Of a stretch of 6,872 nt of DNA, positions 1 through 6,872 are shown one piece after another. The notes under the pieces are model-generated. The model searched no databases. It worked only from the letters and a program-made list of their open reading frames with translations, and had not been told where the DNA came from. Every line of letters begins with the position of its first letter. Position 1 is the first letter of the stretch. The stretch is from Octopus sinensis (lineage: Eukaryota): the NCBI RefSeq assembly GCF_006345805.1, contig NW_021829211.1, positions 1-6,872 on the forward strand. The letters run 5' to 3'. A program made the position numbers and the translations under genes.

Positions 1-637
1 CTTTTCATATTTTCGAAGGCAGCAAAAATATTACCAACCCAAAGCTGCGTTTTCGGGAGAATGTAAGAACGTCGGATCGGATCAGATGCCTTGAGTTATT
101 TGTTCCGTTATAGTACGATAATTGCTGGTATTAAACCATTGTTCTCTGTAACACCACGACCTGACACCTTCTGTACCCTCAATAGAAACCACTCTATAGG
201 GATACACTTCTCTCTTGTATCAGCCTCAGTTGAACTTGTAATGCATCATAGACACTTCCTTCTTCCCCGACGAAGAATTTATATAAGCATATAATACCTA
301 GATATAATAACAGTTTATAGAAATGTTGGTTGATTGGTTGATTGATTTCTCGTGTCATGATTTACATCGCGTAGAGACAGAGAGATGAGAGACAGTATAA
401 GAGAAATACTAGAGAAGTGCTAGACGAGTATAGAGTGGAATAAAAAGAGAGAGACGAAACTGGAAAAGCGATGGCTGTTATTAACTTCATTGGCTTACAT
501 CTGTTTCTGCTATAAGATGCAGTGGACACACAGCTCAGTGCTGGCCGCTTAATCTTGTCCATATATGTATGTCTATGTATAAATATAGACCCTATATATT
601 TATATCAATACATACATATACGTGCATAATGTATTAT

Positions 638-657
638 ACACATACACACACACACAA

Positions 658-726
<69 letters not shown>
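638..726. repeat. Compound microsatellite: interrupted (CA)n followed by (TA)n
   Basis: Read directly: CA run at about 638-697, with a few interruptions, then a pure TA run to 726. Confidence 0.97.
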
Positions 727-728
<2 letters not shown>

Positions 729-879
729 ATTAGATTTATATATGTGTGTGGTGTGTGTATATATACATCAATTGCATATGCACATGCATGCATATATACG
801 CACGTACATGCACATAGAAAGGGAGTCAACTATACAGATTCTGCAAACATATATATATACGTGCGTATACAAACATGTC

Positions 880-942
880 TGTGTGTGTGTGTGTGTGAGT
901 GTGTGTGTGTGTGTGTGTGTGCTTGCGCGCGCGTGTGTGTGT
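880..942. repeat. (TG)n microsatellite with an embedded (CG)n stretch
   Basis: TG run 880-921, TGCGCGCGCG at 924-933, then TG to 942. Confidence 0.95.
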
Positions 943-1246
943 ATGTAGGTGGAGTGTACATATTGATACAAATGTATACAGACTCAAATTATTAAAACTT
1001 TCCCATCGTATGCAGGAACATAAATATTCTGAAATCAAATCTACACGAACACACACATATACACACACACCACCACACAAACGTGCAGACACACATGCTC
1101 ACATGTGTGCTATATAATGAAAACATTCACACAATATATTCGTTTCCTCTGGAGGTTTTGATTTCGTCTTTTAACAAATTGTTGCAATATGGTTTTTGTG
1201 TCTACTTTGTGTGTGCCTGTGAGCCTGTGAGCCTGTACGATTCTGC

Positions 1247-1247
<1 letters not shown>

Positions 1248-1298
<51 letters not shown>
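1248..1298. repeat. Pure (TA)n microsatellite, about 25 units
   Basis: 51 nt of uninterrupted TA alternation. Confidence 0.98.
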
Positions 1299-1301
<3 letters not shown>

Positions 1302-1580
1302 TGTGTGAACAGTGCCTTTACCGAATGTGTTTCTGTAAGTTTTAAGTCGTGAGTAAAAAAGAACGTCGAAGAATGAAAAAGAATATCTCTGTGACGTGTT
1401 TGTTTTTTTAAGCATTAATTATAGTGTCCAACTGTTAGGACAACTATATTTACAACGAGGCTATATATTTATTTCTCTTTTTCATGTTCGCATCTATTCT
1501 TTTGTCAATGGAGACAGCATTAATACGTGTATACGGTATTTTTCTTCATGTTTTACGCATGTAACACCAATATGTCAAGT

Positions 1581-1880
1581 ATATTATATACATATATATA
1601 TCTGTGTGTTGTGTGTGTGTGTGTGTTTGCTTGTCTGTGCATACATATATATATATATATATAAACATATATAATATATATATAAACATATATATATATA
1701 TATATATTATAAACATATATATATATATTATATAATATATATAATATATATATATATATATACATATATATCTATATATATATATATATATTATATATAT
1801 ATAATATATATACATATATATACATATATATGCATATCTATATATATATAAAATTATACATGCGTATATACACATATATA
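1581..1880. repeat. Long degenerate (TA)n tract with a short (TG)n segment
   Basis: About 300 nt of mostly TA dinucleotides with recurring variants (TAAACA, TAAT, TACA, TATT); TG run at about 1603-1625. Confidence 0.93.
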
Positions 1881-2039
1881 CATACATACGGATGTATGTA
1901 TAAGTTTGTCGATATTTATGCTTGTGTATGTAAGCAAAGTTTTTCTACCTGTCTACGTATGTGGATATTTTCAAATGTACAAATACGCCTGTATATGTTT
2001 ATGCATGATGTAAACACACAGACAAAAACCCACTTACGC

Positions 2040-2203
2040 ACCCATACATATATGCATGTATATATGTTTAATATATATACACACATACACATACACACAC
2101 AAACACACACACACAAACATATAGTAGTGGATCTTTGAATTTACGTATATGTAACATTACTCTTTTTATATTGATTATGCATAAATTTACATGATGTCAT
2201 GTA

Positions 2204-2240
<37 letters not shown>

Positions 2241-2490
2241 GACTGTATATATGAATGCATGTATATACGCATATATACATAATTATTATATATATATATG
2301 TGTGCATGAATACATGTGTATATATACGTATACATATTTGGTCACTCATACTCACACAACGCAAACACGCGCCCAAGCACATACAAGTACACATGCACAA
2401 TCACACACAATCACACACAAACATACATACATTAGCTAGACACACTGACCCACGCATACACACCCATGCATACAAAATTACACAAACCTA
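2040..2490. repeat. Decayed (CA)n/(TA)n/(TACA)n low-complexity region, including pure (TA)n at about 2205-2237
   Basis: Alternating purine-pyrimidine sequence with frequent substitutions. The ORFs here are H/T/Y/I/C/V repeats. Confidence 0.8.
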
Positions 2491-2823
2491 CAGATTGTTT
2501 TATATTCTCGTACATGGAACTATCGTGTAGGAAGTCAGCAATGACTTCAAACTTGATCTATCAATGACTAAATAATACATTACAGAGAAATATAGAAGAG
2601 AGCTGCCCATAAATCATTATTTCTTACGTGAAGACATTAAATATAGATCGAAAGGACTTTTTTCATATAGCATTGCTGACGAATTTTCACATGCATATTT
2701 GATGCAAAATTGACACTTGCTTTAATGTCAATATAGTTTGCTTACGCAAGCTAAAAGACCACAGGCTTACAGTAAAGGAAGAAAGGAATACCGTGAAAGC
2801 TATTCCGTCCGTTTTTCTAGTGC

Positions 2824-2965
2824 TCTTTAAATGGTTTCGCTCATTATAGACTTCGGCCGTGCTGGGGCGCATCGTTGAAGGATTTAGAAAATCTTATTGA
2901 ATGAAGTATTGTTTCTGAACGTCTCGTACTTCCCTTATTGGTGTCCCTTTTTGAGAAACTTCTAA
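2824..2965 (+). mobile_element. Highly diverged fragment of an abundant Octopus-type SINE-like interspersed repeat
   Basis: AGACTTCGGCCGTGCTGGGGCGCATCGTTGAAGG (2848-2881) and GTACTTCCCTTATTGGTGTCCCTTTTT resemble my recollection of a common Octopus repeat (GACTGCGGCCATGCTGGRGCACCGCCTTGAAG...GTACTTATTCTATCGGTCTCTTTT). Recognition is from memory and unverified. Confidence 0.45.
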
Positions 2966-3076
2966 TAATGGAAAAATGGTTTGTGCAGTGATGTCATATG
3001 ATGTATGAACACAAAGTAAAAAACATATATGTGTATACATGTATATGAATATGAGTATGTGTGTGTGTTTAGGAAC

Positions 3077-3285
3077 GTATGTATGTCATTATTCAGTTCT
3101 ATTTCAAGATTTCTTGCCAATTTAGAAAGAGCGCGTTTCTAACATAGATCAAAGGCTCCTTCACTGGAATTTCAGCACCAGGAACAGGGTATTTTTGCAT
3201 GTATGTGTGTATATACGTGTAGACATATATGTTTTGTTTATGTTTGTCTTCTCATGCATATACTTGCATATCTATACATATATAT
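3077..3285 (-). mobile_element. Probable 3' UTR/terminus of an R4/Dong-like non-LTR retrotransposon, no coding sequence retained
   Basis: 3147-3169 matches 4099-4121, in the 3' UTR of the coding LINE fragment, at 18/23 in the same orientation. The minus strand ends ...GAATAATGACATACATAC. A hairpin TTAGAAA-N7-TTTCTAA lies at 3122-3142. It also resembles my unverified recollection of an Octopus LINE 3' UTR. Confidence 0.6.
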
Positions 3286-3753
3286 GAGAGAGTGAGACCA
3301 CTATGTGGTCTACTCTAGTGCTAAAAATAGATCCACTATGGTATAGCCACTACAAAATTGTTTCCAAGGAGAAATGACACACCATTTAACGTGGGGCAAG
3401 TGAAAAATAACGAAAAAATAGATTAACCCTGAACAATTGTTTCATTATTAATGTAAATGCAATTTTACTAAGACAACATCTATAAATCATCAGCAGCAGT
3501 TTGTCTTAAATACAATTTAATAAATTGTATTTAAGACAAACTCCTGCTGATGATTTATAGATGTTGTGTAAGTAAAATTGCATTTACTTTAATAATAAAA
3601 CAATTGTTCAGGGTTAATCTATTTTTTCGTTATTTTTCACTTGCCCTACATTAAATGTTGTGTTATTTCTCCTTGGAAACAATTTTTTAGTGGCTATACC
3701 ATAGTGGATCTATTTTTAGCACAGAGTAGACCACATAGTGGTCTCACTCTCTC
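3286..3753. mobile_element. 468-bp palindromic foldback/MITE-like non-autonomous DNA transposon
   Basis: Manual alignment: 3286-3519 is the reverse complement of 3521-3753 with 10 substitutions and one 1-nt indel (about 95% identity), spacer one A at 3520. Termini are GAGAGAGTGAGACC...GGTCTCACTCTCTC, flanked by ATAT at 3282-3285 and 3754-3757. No ORF. The inverted repeat is certain; transposon status is inferred. Confidence 0.8.
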
Positions 3754-3882
3754 ATATTTATGTTTAAATTTGTATTGTATCCCTGGTTTTTATGTGCTAA
3801 GCCACTTGGTGTTAAATTGATGGTATTATTAAATTAATAGCAAATTTTTCACCCTCATTTATAAATATATATATATATATAT

Positions 3883-4006
3883 GTTGGCCTGCTCGCTTAG
3901 CCAGTGGGGTGGCGTCATTTGAAGGCTAAAACAATGCGAAGCGCATTGTGACCAGCGATGTGTAGCAACATCTGATAGCCTGGTCGGTCGCGGTGATCAC
4001 GGTGAT
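3883..4006 (+). mobile_element. GC-rich, hairpin-rich island; probable 3' end of an unidentified interspersed retroelement
   Basis: About 53% GC between (TA)n and (TATG)n tracts. Three consecutive stems at 3897-3929, 3931-3949 and 3950-3985. It ends in a 9-nt-period tandem CGGTGATCA-CGGTGATA. Strand and class are inferred. Confidence 0.4.
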
Positions 4007-4053
4007 ATGTATGTATGTATGTATGTAGGTATGTATGTATGTATGTATGTATG
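4006..4053. repeat. (TATG)n tetranucleotide microsatellite
   Basis: About 12 units with one TAGG variant. Confidence 0.95.
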
Positions 4054-4375
4054 TGTCTCTTTTATTTTTTATTATAAATTTTCCACTGATACAAGGCTGA
4101 TGCAAGGCTCCATCTTTGGAACGTAGTTGACACAGAAAACTTCACATTTGGAACTTAAGAAAAGTCTTGCATATTTTTACTGTTCCACTCACAGATTGCA
4201 CTTGTAATGTACGAATTAGCCGGTCGATTTCTCTTTCAGAAAATCCCAGTTTATCCAGATTCTCCTTTAAGTATTTACTAACATAACCTAGTGCCCCAAT
4301 TTTTATTGGCATGAATATGAATTCATAATCTGGATACAGAAGCTGGAGGTTTCCAAGTAGTTGTCCATAGATATT
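4054..4375 (-). mobile_element. 5'-truncated R4/Dong-like (RLE-clade) non-LTR retrotransposon: ORF end, 3' UTR and A-rich tail
   Basis: Coding remnant 4375-4142, then an about 80-nt 3' UTR. Minus-strand AATAAA occurs at 4073-4068 and 4066-4061, and the element runs into (CATA)n. The 5' side stops abruptly at a (TG)n microsatellite. Confidence 0.8.
4142..4375 (-). pseudogene. C-terminal 77 aa of a retrotransposon ORF (tail of the restriction-like endonuclease domain)
   Basis: NIYGQLLGNLQLLYPDYEFIFMPIKIGALGYVSKYLKENLDKLGFSEREIDRLIRTLQVQSVSGTVKICKTFLKFQM*. It fits the RLE-tail pattern Y..L...l.......P+.+GALG.V...L...L..LG......+Q.....GT.+I...L typical of R4/Dong elements. The RT domain and PD-(D/E)xK catalytic core are absent. 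The first 56 aa of the tracked ORF are microsatellite and flank noise. Confidence 0.82.
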
Positions 4376-4379
4376 TATA

Positions 4380-4455
4380 CAACACATATACACCCACGCA
4401 CTACACACACACACACACAAACCACACACACACCCACACACACACACATACATAC

Positions 4456-4500
<45 letters not shown>
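4380..4500. repeat. Degenerate (CA)n followed by pure (AT)19
   Basis: CA-rich at 4380-4449; uninterrupted AT at 4463-4500. Confidence 0.96.
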
Positions 4501-4502
<2 letters not shown>

Positions 4503-4806
4503 AAGACGGAAGATGGAATATACGAGAATTTATTATTAATCACGGCACATCTAGCATGGATCCCTCATGTGTGGGACGCTCAACAACTAGTTCAGGAGCA
4601 TCCGGTGGTGCAGATGTATGTCGTCCGGTGATAAATAGATACAACTCTTTAAAATAACAGTTCTGCAATGTAACTTTTCGTTTCGTAGAAAGAAAAAAAT
4701 AGCCAGACGGAGGAAATATCTTCATATATAGAAGAACAAAAATAAAATCACAGACGAGGAAAAAAGAGAAACGAACACGCAATACAGCGAGAAAAGTACA
4801 TATATA

Positions 4807-4819
4807 TAGATATATAGAT

Positions 4820-4906
<87 letters not shown>

Positions 4907-4911
4907 TAGAT
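4807..4911. repeat. (TAGA)n / GATA tetranucleotide microsatellite, 21 perfect units at 4821-4904
   Basis: Read directly. It explains the IYLS-repeat ORFs. Confidence 0.98.
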
Positions 4912-5002
4912 ATACAAATACACACACCACCACACATCTCACACACCACACATATATATATATTATTATATATATATCATATATATATTATATATATAAG
5001 TT

Positions 5003-5112
5003 GATTCACAAGAAATTGGTCGCCAGGGTCCAAAAGAGGATACATTTACCCAAGGTGCCGCACAATAGGACTGAACCCGGAACCAAACTTCTTTTCACAC
5101 AGCCCAGCCTGG
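5003..5112 (-). mobile_element. Degraded tRNA-derived SINE 5' portion (Octopus-type)
   Basis: Minus strand reads GGGCTGTGTGA (A-box-like, 5105-5095), GGTTCAGTCC (B-box-like, 5077-5068), then GGCACCTTGGGTAAATG, similar to the CCTTGGGCAAG motif that follows the tRNA head in many SINEs. The whole resembles my unverified recollection of an abundant Octopus SINE. Confidence 0.7.
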
Positions 5113-5789
5113 AGTAATATTAGTTCTCCTACGCTTTTTATCTATTTATCCAGTCACGTAAACACAATGTACTTGAGTGATATCCTCTAAAATATTAATA
5201 ATATTAATAATATCCTGAACGTAGTTTGTATACAACAAGAAAATGCATTATACGCATGACATTTTTAGATTTATGCTACGTTTTAGTCAGAAAGCTGCAC
5301 CAGTCTGCAATTACTGCTGCCTACCAATCATAATTCTGGCTAGTATTGATATCGATTCCAGTGTTGAGTTTATTCATTTTAGCAACACATGTCTTACATT
5401 AAACCTCATTACAAATAGTAAGTTGTAATAAAACTATTGTGATCACATTTTGGTTTTAATACTTTAGGTTCCTTGTATATGGAAAAAAGATGAAATAAAT
5501 CATAAATTTTTGCAGGATATAAATAATAGTTCGATAGGATAGTAGTTTAATCTATTGTAGAATAGATATATATATATATAAAGGATATATAAAACATTAT
5601 TTGCAATCTGAATCAAAGTATTAGTGTTTAAGTGAGTTCATTATAAGCCTGGAAGCAGAAGAGACAGAGAAAGGGAAAGAGAGAGAGAGGGGGGCAAAAA
5701 AAAGAGAGAAAAAAAGAAAATAGACAACTTTATTGATCGAATATAAAATCTTCTTTACTGATATGACACTGGATGGAAATAAGTTATCA

Positions 5790-5851
<62 letters not shown>

Positions 5852-6005
5852 CAACAACAACAACAACAACCACAATAATCTTAATAATAATGTGTGTATA
5901 TGAAACCAATAACGATGATGATGATGATGATGATGATAACAATAATAATGAAATAAAAGTACTGATAGCATAATGATAATGATAACAGTAATGATAATAA
6001 CAGCA

Positions 6006-6037
<32 letters not shown>

Positions 6038-6145
6038 TAATGATGATGATGATTTGATGATAATGATGATAATAATAACAACAACAACAATAATAATAAT
6101 ATAAGAATATAATAAATAATAACAACAACAACAATAATAATAATG

Positions 6146-6187
<42 letters not shown>

Positions 6188-6206
6188 CAACAACAACAAC
6201 AACAAC
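5790..6206. repeat. Compound trinucleotide tract (AAT)n/(AAC)n/(GAT)n
   Basis: (AAT)19 at 5790-5846, (AAC)8 at 5847-5870, (GAT)8 at 5914-5937, then further mixed blocks. It is the source of the poly-I/L/Y ORFs. Confidence 0.98.
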
Positions 6207-6872
6207 ATTATCTTGTGTTTTCCAAACTTCATCTAATTTCTTTTCAAACTATTCTTTTTTTACAAACATATATTTCCAACTTATTTCCCAATCTTCTCAT
6301 TTGTTCTTGCTTACCTTCTTTTGTTTAGCTTTTTTCTTTCTTTCTTCCTTTTGCATTCTCCTTTTATTATCCTAAAGAATATTTTTATATTATTCTTCTT
6401 TTGAAATCGCTTTCTTCTTCGTTTCTTAATTTCAATATACTTTTAGCTGAATGTGTTTATTGATTTATATGCTTATTATTATTATTGTTTATATATATAT
6501 ATATTATTTTTTTATTTTGTAAAGTACATCACAAGAACCCAAGATCTACAGCTGTGTTATTTTTTCAACAATGCTTTATTTCTGTGAAGTTGCCCCTCTT
6601 TTTTTTTCTACTACAATATGGTAGTATCGTTATTTCCTGGTCGATAATCGTTCACTTTTTTTTTTTTTTTTTTGATAGTCAGCGATACTTGGATAATAGC
6701 GTTTCTTGCCGTAATATGAAAGTTGGAAGCAATATGTCAAATAAACGACACACATAGCACAACAGAAATACAGCAAAACTTAAGTTTCGATATAGGAATA
6801 ACTTATCCCTCCAAGGTAACTTATATCTATTTTCTCTATGTTTACCCAATCCACTTCCCTTTTATTCATCAT

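Noticed and set aside
1-300. Complex sequence with a 67-aa ORF (91-294)
   Set aside because: It has a TTG start, no recognisable motif, and the other frames I translated are broken by stops. Not supportable as coding.
880-942. Z-DNA-prone (TG)n(CG)n tract
   Set aside because: Real potential, but commonplace in such a microsatellite-rich genome, with no associated gene or promoter evidence.
605-2530. Many overlapping 60-113 aa ORFs on both strands
   Set aside because: They are translations of (CA)n/(TA)n repeats (HT, YI, CV runs), which lack stop codons by construction. No domain signal.
3294-3744. Symmetric BsaI sites (GAGACC / GGTCTC) suggesting a synthetic Golden Gate construct
   Set aside because: They are an automatic consequence of the palindrome. 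The context is natural repeat-rich genomic DNA with no vector features.
3286-3753. Palindrome as a sequencing fold-back artefact, protelomerase site, CRISPR array or viral ITR
   Set aside because: Eleven differences between arms argue against a read artefact. There is no repeat-spacer periodicity, no viral or prokaryotic genes, and no resemblance to tel sites that I can support.
3883-4006. Possible HDV-like or hammerhead ribozyme (GCCTGCTCGCT resembles the HDV P3/L3 region; GGCTAAG on the minus strand resembles J4/2; CTGATAG resembles a hammerhead core)
   Set aside because: I could not build the nested double pseudoknot on either strand: the P3 partner and P1/P1.1 are missing. The hammerhead CUGANGA and GAAA core is absent.
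4540-4951. 131-aa and shorter minus-strand ORFs with an IYLS repeat
   Set aside because: The repeat is the (TAGA)n microsatellite. The unique C-terminal part matches nothing I recognise and does not continue the RLE ORF.
5003-5112. tRNA gene
   Set aside because: Only degenerate A/B boxes with too-short spacing and no cloverleaf. Better explained as a SINE head.
5621-6328. Long ORFs up to 203 aa, hydrophobic and membrane-protein-like
   Set aside because: Poly-L/I/Y/H come from the trinucleotide tract.
5650-6430. Purine-rich left flank and pyrimidine-rich right flank around the trinucleotide tract, suggesting terminal inverted repeats
   Set aside because: The reverse complement of the right flank does not align with the left. 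It is only compositional asymmetry.

Overview
AT-rich, microsatellite-saturated, non-coding eukaryotic DNA. About a fifth of the window is (TA)n, (CA)n, (TATG)n, (TAGA)n or (AAT/AAC/GAT)n. The repeats resemble, from memory and without a database check, those of Octopus/cephalopod genomes. There is no intact gene. Nearly all ORFs in the supplied track are simple-repeat translation artefacts. The one real coding remnant is 77 aa at 4142-4375 (-), the C-terminal end of the restriction-like-endonuclease (RLE) region of a 5'-truncated R4/Dong-type non-LTR retrotransposon, with its 3' UTR. The standout structure is a 468-bp near-perfect palindrome at 3286-3753. It has 234/233-bp arms, a 1-nt spacer, 10 mismatches and 1 indel, GAG...CTC ends, flanking ATAT and a small hairpin at each end. 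It looks like a non-autonomous foldback DNA transposon made only of inverted repeats, possibly Sola-type. It sits in a cluster of retroelement debris: a second LINE-like 3' end sharing a 23-nt motif and a (CATA)n tail with the first, a hairpin-rich GC island, and two degraded SINE-like copies. The window shows mobile-element biology, not a new multi-gene system.
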